Positions 1 through 9,531 of a DNA stretch of 64,000 nt are shown here, in pieces. Within the stretch, counting starts at the first letter, position 1. Each line of letters begins with the position of its first letter. A program made the position numbers and the translations under genes. Source of the stretch: Patescibacteria group bacterium UBA6532 (GTDB lineage: Bacteria; Patescibacteriota; Minisyncoccia; Minisyncoccales; UBA6532); NCBI GenBank assembly GCA_002434805.1, contig DJKW01000004.1, positions 11,936 through 75,935 of the forward strand. Direction: 5' to 3'. Under the pieces are notes generated by a model. The model saw nothing but the letters and a program-made list of their open reading frames with translations, was not told where the DNA came from and searched no databases.

Positions 1-1
1 C

Positions 2-757
2 TAAAGAAAAGATTATTCCTTCTTTGTAGCGCTTAAAGTAAAGGGCCAAAAGCAAGATAAAAAAGGATATGGCAAAGAACATCTTCCCCAGCATTAAAAC
101 CCCGACAACCAAAGAATAAAGCATTAGCTTGAAGATTGAGGGTTTTTTAATGTAGTTATAGAGAAGATAAGCTGTTAGGGAGACGGCAAAAATCATTAAC
201 ATTTCAGCTAAAGGCTGGATTAAAGCGATGTGGACAGATGGAGAAAAAATCAGCAAAACCGAGGAGAAAAAGGCAACGCTTAAAGAAAAAAGATTTTTAA
301 GAAGCAAAAAGAATAAAACAACAGCCAGACTTATTAGAATAAAGTTCAAAAGAATGGAGGCTACAAAGACCAGACCGTAAGAAGGAGCCAAAAAAGCCTG
401 AAGAGGAATTGAAGTTAAAGAAATTAAAAATGGGTAAAGAGGGCGATTAAGAAAAACATGGTTCTCAAAGTATTGAGGAGTAAAATTAAGGGCAAGCTCT
501 AAATAGTTCCCCACATCACCGCTTAAACGGTATTCGGAAGAAATCAAAGGATAGACCTCGCTTAAAAGGAAATTATCACTATCCCCAACCTGAAACTTTG
601 GAAGATAAGAATCAATAGACAGCCAGTTATCGTTAGAACCTACGGCCGGAAATGAAAAACTAAAGATTAGCTGAAAAAATACGAGGGAAATTAAAACAAA
701 AATCAAAAACCGTTTCTTAAAAAACAATTCTTTAATTTTCAATAAATAATTTGCCAT
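2..757 (-). CDS. Multi-pass membrane protein, GT-C/ArnT-PMT-like glycosyltransferase (partial, runs off window start)
   Basis: Not in ORF track. Manual translation from ATG at 757: MANYLLKIKELFFKKRFLIFVLISLVFFQL...SGDVGNYLELALNF...NRPLYPFLI...; open to the window edge; TM helix, acidic loop, RPLYP motif, many TM helices. Confidence 0.7.
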   Translation of the reverse strand, partial: MANYLLKIKELFFKKRFLIFVLISLVFFQLIFSFSFPAVGSNDNWLSIDSYLPKFQVGDSDNFLLSEVYPLISSEYRLSGDVGNYLELALNFTPQYFENHVFLNRPLYPFLISLTSIPLQAFLAPSYGLVFVASILLNFILISLAVVLFFLLLKNLFSLSVAFFSSVLLIFSPSVHIALIQPLAEMLMIFAVSLTAYLLYNYIKKPSIFKLMLYSLVVGVLMLGKMFFAISFFILLLALYFKRYKEGIIFSL

Positions 758-774
758 TGATTTTCTTTAATAAT

Positions 775-784
775 ATTATATAAT
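775..784. promoter_or_regulatory. Palindromic double -10 box (ATTATATAAT), likely bidirectional promoter
   Basis: TATAAT on both strands, each 17 nt from a divergent ATG (757 and 802). Confidence 0.55.
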
Positions 785-801
785 TGAGAATAAGAAAAGG
801 T

Positions 802-1449
802 ATGAAGAATATTGTTATTGGCAAAAAAAGCGAAATTGATAAAAGAGCAATTATTGGCCAAAAAACCGGCAGAAAAATTAAAAGCCGGAAACTTAGTATT
901 GGCAGGAAGGCCAAGATTAGATCTAACTCTGTCATTTATGAAGGAAGCAAAATCGGTAATAATTTGGAAACCGGCCACAATGTTTTAATCCGGGAAGAAA
1001 ATGTAATCGGAAACAATCTTTGTATTTGGACCAACTCTATAATCGATTATAGATGCAAAATCGGCAACAATGTCAAAATTCAAAATAATTGCTATGTCGC
1101 CCAATTTACCACTATTGAAGATGATGCTTTTTTGGGCCCGGGGGTCGTTATTGCTAATGATCGTTACCCGGTCTCCCCTTCTACTCCAAAATATCTTAAA
1201 GGCCCTGTTATTAAAAAGGGAGCAAAAATTGGAGCTAATGTCACTTTACTGCCCGGCGTAACAATCGGAGAATATTCCTTAATAGGAGGAGGAGCAGTAG
1301 TAGTAAGCGATATTCCTCCAGGTAGCGTAGCTTTTGGCAATCCAGCTGCTGTTAAAAAGACTATTGATCAATTAATTAATCCTTATTCTAAAAAAAAGGT
1401 TTATGCCAAGATTTTGCCAAAGCTAAAAAAGATTTTAAAGAAAAAATGA
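802..1449 (+). CDS. Hexapeptide-repeat sugar N-acetyltransferase (WbpD/WlbB-like)
   Basis: Left-handed beta-helix repeats, [14 protein letters not shown]...GNPA; ATG at 802 preferred over TTG at 784. Confidence 0.85.
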   Translation: MKNIVIGKKSEIDKRAIIGQKTGRKIKSRKLSIGRKAKIRSNSVIYEGSKIGNNLETGHNVLIREENVIGNNLCIWTNSIIDYRCKIGNNVKIQNNCYVAQFTTIEDDAFLGPGVVIANDRYPVSPSTPKYLKGPVIKKGAKIGANVTLLPGVTIGEYSLIGGGAVVVSDIPPGSVAFGNPAAVKKTIDQLINPYSKKKVYAKILPKLKKILKKK

Positions 1450-2555
1450 AGATTCCATTAGTTGATATTCAAACTCAGTATCAAAATCTTTCTCAAGAGA
1501 TAAACGAAAAAGTACTCTATGTAATGAAAAGGGGTGATTTTATTTTAGGGGAAGAAGTAAAGCTCTTTGAAGAAGACTTTACCAAATATTGTCAAACCAA
1601 ATACGCTCTTGGGGTGAGCTCTGGCACTGATGCTTTAAAACTTAGCCTTCTGGCTGGCGGAGTTAAAGAAGGAGACGAAGTAATTACGGCAGCCAATACT
1701 TTTGTGGCTACGGTTGATGCAATTTCCCAGACAGGGGCAAAGCCAGTCCTAATAGATATTAATCCTGATAATTATAATCTTGACTTAAATCAATTAGAAA
1801 AGGCCGTTACCAAAAAAACCAAAGCCATAATACCAGTCCATCTTTACGGCCAGCCGGTTGATATGGATAAAGTTAAAGAAATTGCCCAAGCTAATAATTT
1901 ATTAGTTGTTGAAGACGCCTGCCAGGCCCATGGAGCTGAATATAAAGGAAAAAGAACTGGATCTTTAGGCGATATTGCAGCTTTCAGCTTTTATCCCGGG
2001 AAAAACCTGGGAGCCTTCGGTGACGGAGGGGCAATAACAACCAATAATGAAGAGTTTGCTGAAAAAATAAGAATGCTTAGGCATTACGGCCAAAAAAAGA
2101 AGTATTTTCACGAAATTAAAGGTTTTAATAATCGTCTTGATACTATTCAAGCTGCTGTCTTAAGGGTTAAGTTAAAACACTTGGATGAATGGAATAAAGC
2201 CAGGGGCAACTGGGCTCAAAAATACACTGAATTACTAAAAGAAACCTCTTTAATAACTCCGAAAATAGAGTCCTGGGCTGATCACGTTTTCCATCTCTAT
2301 GTTGTTAGATCTCAAAAAAGAGATGAACTCATTAACTTTCTTAAAGAGAAAGAAATTGGAGCTGGCATTCACTATCCAGTTCCCATACACTTTCAAGAAG
2401 CTTATAAGGATTTAGGACATAAAAAAGGAGACTTCCCAATGACAGAAAAAGCAGCCAATGAAATTATTTCTTTGCCAATGTTTCCTGAATTAACAGAAGA
2501 AAAAATCAATTATATAGTTAAAGCTATCAAAGAATTTGAAAAAGCTAATAGTTAA
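1446..2555 (+). CDS. DegT/DnrJ/EryC1/StrS PLP-dependent sugar aminotransferase
   Basis: [30 protein letters not shown] motifs; ATGA overlap with upstream gene. Confidence 0.95.
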   Translation: MKIPLVDIQTQYQNLSQEINEKVLYVMKRGDFILGEEVKLFEEDFTKYCQTKYALGVSSGTDALKLSLLAGGVKEGDEVITAANTFVATVDAISQTGAKPVLIDINPDNYNLDLNQLEKAVTKKTKAIIPVHLYGQPVDMDKVKEIAQANNLLVVEDACQAHGAEYKGKRTGSLGDIAAFSFYPGKNLGAFGDGGAITTNNEEFAEKIRMLRHYGQKKKYFHEIKGFNNRLDTIQAAVLRVKLKHLDEWNKARGNWAQKYTELLKETSLITPKIESWADHVFHLYVVRSQKRDELINFLKEKEIGAGIHYPVPIHFQEAYKDLGHKKGDFPMTEKAANEIISLPMFPELTEEKINYIVKAIKEFEKANS

Positions 2556-2569
2556 TAAAAGACTAAAAT

Positions 2570-2600
2570 AAAAATAGCTGCGACAATCGCAGCTATTTTT
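2570..2600. terminator. Bidirectional intrinsic terminator
   Basis: AAAAATAGCTGCGA-caa-TCGCAGCTATTTTT between convergent genes. Confidence 0.85.
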
Positions 2601-3306
2601 TTATTCTTAGTTTAAGATAAATTACTGGCCTTATTATCTTCCACCAGTCAATAAAAGGCCTGATTTTACTAGTTTTTTTATTGGGGTAAATCTTGGTTAC
2701 CGGCACCTCTTTAACCCTATAGCCCAAGGTTACTGCTTTACAATGCAAGTAAGGCTCTAATTCGTAAGCATTCAGCCACTCCTGATTAATATTTATTCTT
2801 TCGTCTTTAATAAATTCTTTGGTATAAGCTCGAAAGCCATTGGTAAAATCAGTAAATCTTTTACCAACCAAAAGAGATGAGAATAAGAAAAAAACCTTAG
2901 ATAATAAAACTCTATAAAAAGGGGTATTGCCCCATTTTCCGCCTTTCATGTAACGAGATCCCTGAATGTAATCATACCCTTCTTCCACAATCGGCTTTAA
3001 TAATCTATCCACTTCTTGTGGATTATCTTTGTCATTCCCGGCGCAAACCACAATTATGTCAAAGTTATGAGTAAGGGCATATTTAATGCCGGTTCTAATT
3101 CCCGCTCCAATTCCCTTTCTCTTTTGATGAAAAAGAATAGTGGCTCCCTTGGACCTAGCAACTTCAGGACTATCATCAGTACTTCCATCGCTTATAACGC
3201 AAATTTCATCAATAGGGGTTCCTTTTGCTTTATCCACCACTCTGCCGATAAGTTCTTTTTCGTTAAAAACCGGGACTATTAAAATAATTCTTTTATTCTT
3301 ATACAT
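2593..3306 (-). CDS. GT2 glycosyltransferase, polyprenol/dolichol-phosphate sugar synthase-like
   Basis: VPVFNE, SDGSTD, GSRY, DFTNGFRAY; DxD region reads CAGNDKD. Confidence 0.85.
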   Translation of the reverse strand: MYKNKRIILIVPVFNEKELIGRVVDKAKGTPIDEICVISDGSTDDSPEVARSKGATILFHQKRKGIGAGIRTGIKYALTHNFDIIVVCAGNDKDNPQEVDRLLKPIVEEGYDYIQGSRYMKGGKWGNTPFYRVLLSKVFFLFSSLLVGKRFTDFTNGFRAYTKEFIKDERININQEWLNAYELEPYLHCKAVTLGYRVKEVPVTKIYPNKKTSKIRPFIDWWKIIRPVIYLKLRIKK

Positions 3307-4297
3307 TTATTAATTTGCCGTTTGAATCCAAAGACTTTTGAATTTTTTCTAATATTTTTACGATCTTCACTCCCCTTTTGCCATCAGTTAAGGGAGTCTT
3401 CTTTTTTTTTAAGCAATCAATAAAGTGCTGGCACTCAACTCGTAAAGGCTCTTTTTGTTTTACTTTAGGATAACTAACTCCTTTGTCGTAAAAAGATATT
3501 TTCTTTGATTTCTTAAAAGCCGACCAATTAATGCCTTTGTTATAAAGAACCAGGGGTTTTTCGCGATCTATATCATTGTAAACCAGCATCTTTTTGCTCC
3601 CGACAATAATCATGCCCCGCTCTTTAGTAGGATATAACCAAGCAACACTAATGCGAGATGAAATATGGTTTGGAAACTCCAAATCAATAAAACCAAAATC
3701 CTCCAAGCTCTTCTTTAAAGAGTTATGCCCTTTAGCTGAAACTCTTAAAGGATTTTTGTCTAATAAATAAGTAATAATGGAAATGTCATGGAAAGCAAAA
3801 TCCCAGACCACGCTAACATCAGAACGAATAGGACCTGGGCTAAGTCTTGAAGAAAAAATAAAATAAATCTTGCCCAGCTCCCCTTTCTTTATAATTTCCT
3901 TAATTTTCCTGACCAAAGAATTATATTCAAAAACGTGCCCTACCATTAAAATTTTTCTTCTTTTCTTGGCTAAACTGATTAATTTTTCTCCTTCGCTTGA
4001 TTTAAGAGTTATGGGTTTTTCGGCAAAAACGTGCTTTCCTGATAGTAAACTCTCTTTAATTAAAGAATAATGAGTGGCAGCTTGAGTGATAACAGCCACA
4101 GCGTCAATTTGGGGATTTCTTAAAATATCTTTGTAATTTTGAGTTGTGATAATTTGGGGATAAAGCTTTTTAATCTTTGTTAAATTCTCCGGGATTAAAT
4201 CAGCAACCATCTTTACCTGGCAACCTTTTATTGCCTGGAAATTCCTCATTATGTTTGGCCCCCAATAACCACAACCTATAATTCCAATGTTTATCAT
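3299..4297 (-). CDS. Gfo/Idh/MocA family oxidoreductase (NDP-sugar 3-dehydrogenase-like)
   Basis: GCGYWG Rossmann motif, HVFAEKP, WDFAFHD. Confidence 0.9.
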   Translation of the reverse strand: MINIGIIGCGYWGPNIMRNFQAIKGCQVKMVADLIPENLTKIKKLYPQIITTQNYKDILRNPQIDAVAVITQAATHYSLIKESLLSGKHVFAEKPITLKSSEGEKLISLAKKRRKILMVGHVFEYNSLVRKIKEIIKKGELGKIYFIFSSRLSPGPIRSDVSVVWDFAFHDISIITYLLDKNPLRVSAKGHNSLKKSLEDFGFIDLEFPNHISSRISVAWLYPTKERGMIIVGSKKMLVYNDIDREKPLVLYNKGINWSAFKKSKKISFYDKGVSYPKVKQKEPLRVECQHFIDCLKKKKTPLTDGKRGVKIVKILEKIQKSLDSNGKLINV

Positions 4298-4308
4298 TTT
4301 TATAATAA

Positions 4309-5700
4309 TTATTTATTAAAACTAAAATTTATCAGCCCAATAAATGGTCTAAAGTTTCTTTTTAGATCGTTAAAGCTCCTTATCTTCATTAGCCTTTTTA
4401 AAATATAAAATGGCCTCATATAGAACTGCTGATAGGCCTTTTTGTAGTAATAAAGTACCTTTTCAGAGGAAATAGTTGGTAGCTTCATTACAGGCATAGA
4501 GAAGTTATAATCTTCCCAATTTTTGTGCATTAAAAGATTATTACTTTCTGCCCAGGCAAACATTTGGGTACCAGGATAGGGAGTGGTGATGTTAAATATA
4601 GCTAAATCTGGATCTAAAAAAATAGCGTATTTAATGGTTTTTTGAATAGTTTCCTCGGTTTCTCCGGGATTACCTATCATAAAAGCTAATCTGGTGTCTA
4701 TTCCCGCCTTTTTGGTAGCAGCTATTGTTTCCTCAACTTTCTCAAGAGAAATTCTCTTTTGAATATTTTTTAATATTTCCGCATCTCCAGATTCAATCCC
4801 ATACATTACCTGGTGACAACCAGCCTCCTTCATTATTTTAAGCGTTTCTAAATCAACCGTATCCACCCTTGAAAAACAACTCCAGGTTAAATCCATTTTG
4901 TTTTCTAAAATAAGGTTGCAGAATTCTTTTACTCTATTTCTATTACTGGTAAAAGTATCGTCATAAAAAACAATATCTTTTATTCCATGTTTTTCTTGCA
5001 AAAGCTTTATTTCCTCAACCATCTTTTCGGCTGTTTTAAATCTTATCCTCGCTCCAAACAAATCACCGTTACAAAAAGTACATCTTCCCGGGCAACCCCG
5101 AGAAGTAATCATGCCAAAAGAAGGTTCTCTTTTATAGCTTCCGGCAGCTGAATAGTATTTATTAACCGGCAAGATATCGTAAGCTAAAAACGGGAAAATA
5201 TTAAGATCTGGGATTATGGGTTGTGGTTCATTTATAATAAGCTTGCCATCTCTTTTAAATCCGATTCCATTAATTTCTTCTGGATTTTTACCGGAAAGTA
5301 ATTCTATAAGACTATTTTCCCCTTCTCTCATGACAATGTAATCTACTTCTTTTTTGGCTAGAATTTCTCTTGGCATTACCGTAGTATGGACGCCCCCAAA
5401 TATTATTTTAGTATTTGGATACTTTTTTCTAACTATTTTAGATATCTCTAAAGCGTTATTGATAAGAAGAGTAGTAGCTGTAATTCCAATAAATTTTGGA
5501 GGAGAATCCGGCAAATGCTCTTCAAATTTGTCTAATCCTACCTGTAAAGCATTAAAGTCTAAAATAGAAACGGAAAAACCTTTTTCTCTTGATATGGCTG
5601 CTAAAAGGGCTAAACCAAAAGGCGGCAAACAAGCAGAAACACTTTTCCATATGTTTCCTGATTTTTTATACCAAGGTGGATTTATAAATAATATATCCAT
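4309..5700 (-). CDS. Cobalamin-binding radical SAM enzyme (class B methyltransferase-like)
   Basis: N-terminal B12-binding domain (PPFGLALLAA, GGVH), SRGCPGRCTFC CxxxCxxC, DDTF, GIESG. Confidence 0.9.
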   Translation of the reverse strand: MDILFINPPWYKKSGNIWKSVSACLPPFGLALLAAISREKGFSVSILDFNALQVGLDKFEEHLPDSPPKFIGITATTLLINNALEISKIVRKKYPNTKIIFGGVHTTVMPREILAKKEVDYIVMREGENSLIELLSGKNPEEINGIGFKRDGKLIINEPQPIIPDLNIFPFLAYDILPVNKYYSAAGSYKREPSFGMITSRGCPGRCTFCNGDLFGARIRFKTAEKMVEEIKLLQEKHGIKDIVFYDDTFTSNRNRVKEFCNLILENKMDLTWSCFSRVDTVDLETLKIMKEAGCHQVMYGIESGDAEILKNIQKRISLEKVEETIAATKKAGIDTRLAFMIGNPGETEETIQKTIKYAIFLDPDLAIFNITTPYPGTQMFAWAESNNLLMHKNWEDYNFSMPVMKLPTISSEKVLYYYKKAYQQFYMRPFYILKRLMKIRSFNDLKRNFRPFIGLINFSFNK

Positions 5701-5738
5701 AAATAAACTTTAACAAATTCATTGTTAATAATCAAATA

Positions 5739-6860
5739 CTATAAAATACCCAAAAATTGAGCTATTTTATCAACAAAAGCAATATTGGTATTTATTAAAA
5801 CAAAATAATAATTAAAAACTAAAATAAATAAAATAAGAAGAGAAATCATTAATATTCCTTTCTTTTCACCGAGTTTTTGCCAGAAAAAATCCAAACCATA
5901 GGTCGCTAAAATGATTCCCAGGGGAGCAAAATAGAAAACAGTTCTTGCCCCAGCCCAAGTAGACCAAAACAAAAAGACAAAAGAAGAAGGAATGAGGGCT
6001 AAAAATATCTTCATTCTCTCCCAGTTTTTCTCCTTTAATTCTCGCCAGAGACCGATGAAAACAAAAGGCCAGAGTATCCCTATGACTATGAAAAGCTGAC
6101 CAATGTAGCGAAAAGAGGACAAAATCAACCCCTCTCCCTCCGTACCTGCCCGACCTATAAGATAGTTATGGAAAGCGGTAAAATGAAAATATTTAAAAGT
6201 CCAGGCTTGCCATATTAAAATGGGGGCCAAGAAAAATATTCCAAAATATAATATTTTTATAATTTTTTCTTTAACCACGAGGTTTCTTGAAAGTAAAATC
6301 ATTGAACCAAAAAACAAGGCTCCCAATCCTCCGCTTTCTTTCATTAAAAACCCTAAGCCCGCAAGAAATCCGTTCGCTGGAATTAATCTCTTATTTTTAC
6401 TTTTAAAATAAAGCAGAGTTAAAAATATTGAAAGAAGGTAAAAAAACCATCCTCCAGCATCTGTCAGGTAGGAAATGCCGTTAGATAAAACCTGGACTGA
6501 AACGACAAAGAATATTGAAGCAAGCATAGCCTGCCTTTGATTTTGGTAAATCAGTTCGGTTATCTTGAAAATTAAAAAGGTACACAGCAAATAAAAAAAT
6601 ATATTCTGGACAATTAATCCTGATCCTCTTGCCAAAGGTTCAAAGGGAAGAGCTAATAACGGGCCCAAGGGAGTAACCAGGCGACGAAGACTTAAGCCTG
6701 TTTCATCTCCCTGAAACCAATGAATAAGACCGATATATTCTGGGCTGTCACCGTATTCTTGAAACCCAAAAATTAAAAAAATCGCTCCCATGTTTAAAAG
6801 AGCAAAGAATAAAGCGAAAATCAAATATTTGTGGTTTTTAAGCTTCTCTAAAATATCCAT
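5739..6860 (-). CDS. Multi-pass membrane protein, GT-C (family 39/ArnT-like) glycosyltransferase
   Basis: YGDSPEY loop after TM1, LTD and KE motifs, about 10 hydrophobic segments. Confidence 0.6.
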   Translation of the reverse strand: MDILEKLKNHKYLIFALFFALLNMGAIFLIFGFQEYGDSPEYIGLIHWFQGDETGLSLRRLVTPLGPLLALPFEPLARGSGLIVQNIFFYLLCTFLIFKITELIYQNQRQAMLASIFFVVSVQVLSNGISYLTDAGGWFFYLLSIFLTLLYFKSKNKRLIPANGFLAGLGFLMKESGGLGALFFGSMILLSRNLVVKEKIIKILYFGIFFLAPILIWQAWTFKYFHFTAFHNYLIGRAGTEGEGLILSSFRYIGQLFIVIGILWPFVFIGLWRELKEKNWERMKIFLALIPSSFVFLFWSTWAGARTVFYFAPLGIILATYGLDFFWQKLGEKKGILMISLLILFILVFNYYFVLINTNIAFVDKIAQFLGIL

Positions 6861-6862
6861 TA

Positions 6863-7819
6863 TTAAATTACCTTTTTAAAATATTCAATTGTCTTTACAA
6901 GGCCGTCTTCAAGAGAAATTTTTGGTTCCCAATCTAATTTCTCTTTAGCTAAACTAATATCTGGCTTCCTTTTTTTAGGATCGTCAGACGGTAAATCGCG
7001 ATAAATAATATTGCTTTTACTCTCTGGAATTAACTCTAATATTTTTTCCGCTAACTCTTTTACGGTAAATTCTTTAGGATTGCCTAAATTAACCGGCCCC
7101 CAAAATCTACTATTATTTTCCATCATTTTTATCAGCCCCCCTATTAAATCATCAATGTATTGAAAAGCCCTGGTTTGGCTCCCATCACCATAAATAGTAA
7201 TGGGTTCCTGTTTCAATGCTTGAACAATAAAATTAGAAACCACCCTTCCGTCATTAGGGTGCATATTAGGGCCGTAAGTATTAAATATCCTAACAATTCT
7301 AATATCCACCTTTCTTTGTCTACGATAATCAGCACAAAGCGTTTCAGCGCACCTCTTTCCTTCATCATAACAGGCTCTAATACCAACAGGATTAACGTTT
7401 CCTAAATAGCTTTCTGATTGAGGATGTTCTAAAGGATCGCCATAAATCTCAGAAGTGGAAGCCTGAAGAATTCTAGCGCCGGTTTTTTTTGCCAAATCCA
7501 GCATATTTAAGGTACCTATAACATTGGTCCTCACAGTTTCTATGGGGTTGTGTTGATAGTGAACAGGAGAAGCAGGACAAGCTAAATGATAAATCTGATC
7601 AATATTCTCTAGAGAAATGGGTTTTGTTACGTCATGCTCTATTAATTTAAAATCCGGATTTTCCAATAAATCCTTGATATTGTCTTTGCTTCCAGTAAAA
7701 AAATTATCGAGACAAATCACTTTGTTGCCCCGTTCTCTTAATAACTCCTGGCAAAGATGGGATCCTATGAATCCCGCTCCTCCAGTAACTAAAATTGTTT
7801 TTTCTCTTAAAGTTGGCAT
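6863..7819 (-). CDS. UDP-glucuronate decarboxylase (UDP-xylose synthase) family SDR
   Basis: [42 protein letters not shown]. Confidence 0.9.
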   Translation of the reverse strand: MPTLREKTILVTGGAGFIGSHLCQELLRERGNKVICLDNFFTGSKDNIKDLLENPDFKLIEHDVTKPISLENIDQIYHLACPASPVHYQHNPIETVRTNVIGTLNMLDLAKKTGARILQASTSEIYGDPLEHPQSESYLGNVNPVGIRACYDEGKRCAETLCADYRRQRKVDIRIVRIFNTYGPNMHPNDGRVVSNFIVQALKQEPITIYGDGSQTRAFQYIDDLIGGLIKMMENNSRFWGPVNLGNPKEFTVKELAEKILELIPESKSNIIYRDLPSDDPKKRKPDISLAKEKLDWEPKISLEDGLVKTIEYFKKVI

Positions 7820-7904
7820 GTAAATAATCTGCTTTTAGTATACAAAAATTTGCCTTTTTGTCTACCTAGGCCCCCCTATTAAACCCAGGAAGAAATCACT
7901 AATC

Positions 7905-7944
7905 TTGACAAATTCTTAAAATTATAGTAAAATAGGAACAGTGA
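7905..7944 (+). promoter_or_regulatory. Near-consensus sigma70 promoter with downstream AACAGTGA motif
   Basis: TTGACA(7905)-17 nt-TAAAAT(7928)-3 nt-AACAGTGA. Confidence 0.75.
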
Positions 7945-7950
7945 AATTGA

Positions 7951-8355
7951 TTGGCAGAATTCCCTGAACCGATGGAAGAATCTGTTTTCTATGAGGATGA
8001 AAAACTCTATGCTTGTCTTGGATTTCATAAAAATCACGTTGAAGGAAAAACCATAATTGCCTGGAAGAAAGATATTGAGGATCTAAATGATCTTTCTCAA
8101 GAAGACTACCAACACTTAATGGAAATCGTGTGGGCTGTTAGGAAAGCCCTAATGAAGGCTTACGATACAAAAAAAGTCTATCTTGCTTATCTTGATGAAA
8201 CACGACATGTCTATTGGCATCTTTTTCCGAGAAAGCAAGGCGGCATTGAAGGATTCGATCTAATGACTCTACCTCAAGAAGATACACCAAAAGAGGATCT
8301 AGAAATGGTTTCCTCGCTTCGCTCTCTCACAATAGAAAACTTAGGAACAAAATAA
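7951..8355 (+). CDS. HIT-family protein with degenerate triad (HVYWH)
   Basis: FYEDE-type N-terminus, G-K-T-I-I, DLNDLS helix, HVYWHLFPR; start may be ATG at 7972. Confidence 0.75.
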   Translation: MAEFPEPMEESVFYEDEKLYACLGFHKNHVEGKTIIAWKKDIEDLNDLSQEDYQHLMEIVWAVRKALMKAYDTKKVYLAYLDETRHVYWHLFPRKQGGIEGFDLMTLPQEDTPKEDLEMVSSLRSLTIENLGTK

Positions 8356-8415
8356 GGCGGCTCAATAACATTGACGTCCACCCTTTTTTATTCCAAAAAA
8401 CACCGGAAATTTAGG

Positions 8416-9531
8416 TTAAAAAAGCATTGAGATTTTTTTAACTCGGTTATCCCAAGTGTATTGCTTTACATCTAAAAAAGCTTGCTCTGAAATTTTATTA
8501 GCTAACCCTGGATTTTCCAGGGCTTTTTTAATACCTTCAGCTAGCTCCTCTGGACTATCTGGCTTAACCAAAATTGCATTTCCTTCATTTAAGACTTCTC
8601 TTAAAGATGGTAAATCTGAAGATATAATTGGTTTTTTGGCAGCCATGTATTCAAAAAGCTTTAATGGTGACGTCCAACTTTTTGAAATTTCTTCTTTAGC
8701 AGAATTTGGCAGAACTAAAACATCAGAAGCCCTGAGCCAGCAAGGAATTTCAGAGTATGGCTTATGACCAACGATTTTAAGTTTGAGATTTAAGGTTTGA
8801 AGTCTGAAGTCTCGAATATCTTTAGTGGTGCCACCTACAAAATAAACCTCTACATTGGCTGGCAAGTATTCGCTGGCTGCAACCAAAGTTTGAACTCCCT
8901 TCCATTGATATAAATGTCCGGTATAAAGGACTATTTTTTTATCTAATGGTAAATTCAGTTTTTTACGACACTCTTCTTTTGTTTCTTTTATATTAAATTT
9001 TTCCAGGTCTACTCCGTCTGAAGCAACTAAAATTTTATCTGGAGATATCCCCTTTTGGACAAATAAATCCTTGAGTTTTTGAGTAATAACCACTATTCCC
9101 TTTAATCTCTTAAAAAACGGGGAATATAAGGAATAATTCCTGGGAAACGTATGAGCTTCAAAAAACACGTTTTTCTTCAAAAAGGTTAAAGGTAAAAGAA
9201 GAACATTTCTGGTATAAATCAAACTGGGATTTTTAAAGAGAAGGTAAAAAAACAAGGAAATAAAGTAAGTAAAGCTTTCCACCCAAAGCCCAAGATGTCC
9301 AATATATTTATCTAAGACAATCAAATCTAAACAAGGAAGCTTCTTTATCTCAAAAGACCTCTTTATACCATAATATTGGAAGGGATCTGTTTTGATGTAG
9401 TTAAATCTTTTGGGGATAACTAATTCAACATCAAACTTTGAATTGGCAAAAGTCCGGCACATTTGCATTATTTGAATTCCATGGGCTTTTTCGGTAGGAA
9501 TTCTTGCGTTGGCAATATAGATTAAAGTCAT
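8416..9531 (-). CDS. GT4 glycosyltransferase
   Basis: Start MTLIYIANARIPTEKAHG overlapping asnB stop; SPLKLFEYMAA motif. Confidence 0.9.
   Translation of the reverse strand: MTLIYIANARIPTEKAHGIQIMQMCRTFANSKFDVELVIPKRFNYIKTDPFQYYGIKRSFEIKKLPCLDLIVLDKYIGHLGLWVESFTYFISLFFYLLFKNPSLIYTRNVLLLPLTFLKKNVFFEAHTFPRNYSLYSPFFKRLKGIVVITQKLKDLFVQKGISPDKILVASDGVDLEKFNIKETKEECRKKLNLPLDKKIVLYTGHLYQWKGVQTLVAASEYLPANVEVYFVGGTTKDIRDFRLQTLNLKLKIVGHKPYSEIPCWLRASDVLVLPNSAKEEISKSWTSPLKLFEYMAAKKPIISSDLPSLREVLNEGNAILVKPDSPEELAEGIKKALENPGLANKISEQAFLDVKQYTWDNRVKKISMLF

Noticed and set aside
732..978. Minus-strand ORFs 732-935 and 739-978
   Set aside because: They overlap the acetyltransferase antisense; the supported minus gene starts at 757 in another frame
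758..2600. Invertible phase-variation segment (also 18891-20450)
   Set aside because: No flanking inverted repeats and no recombinase found by eye
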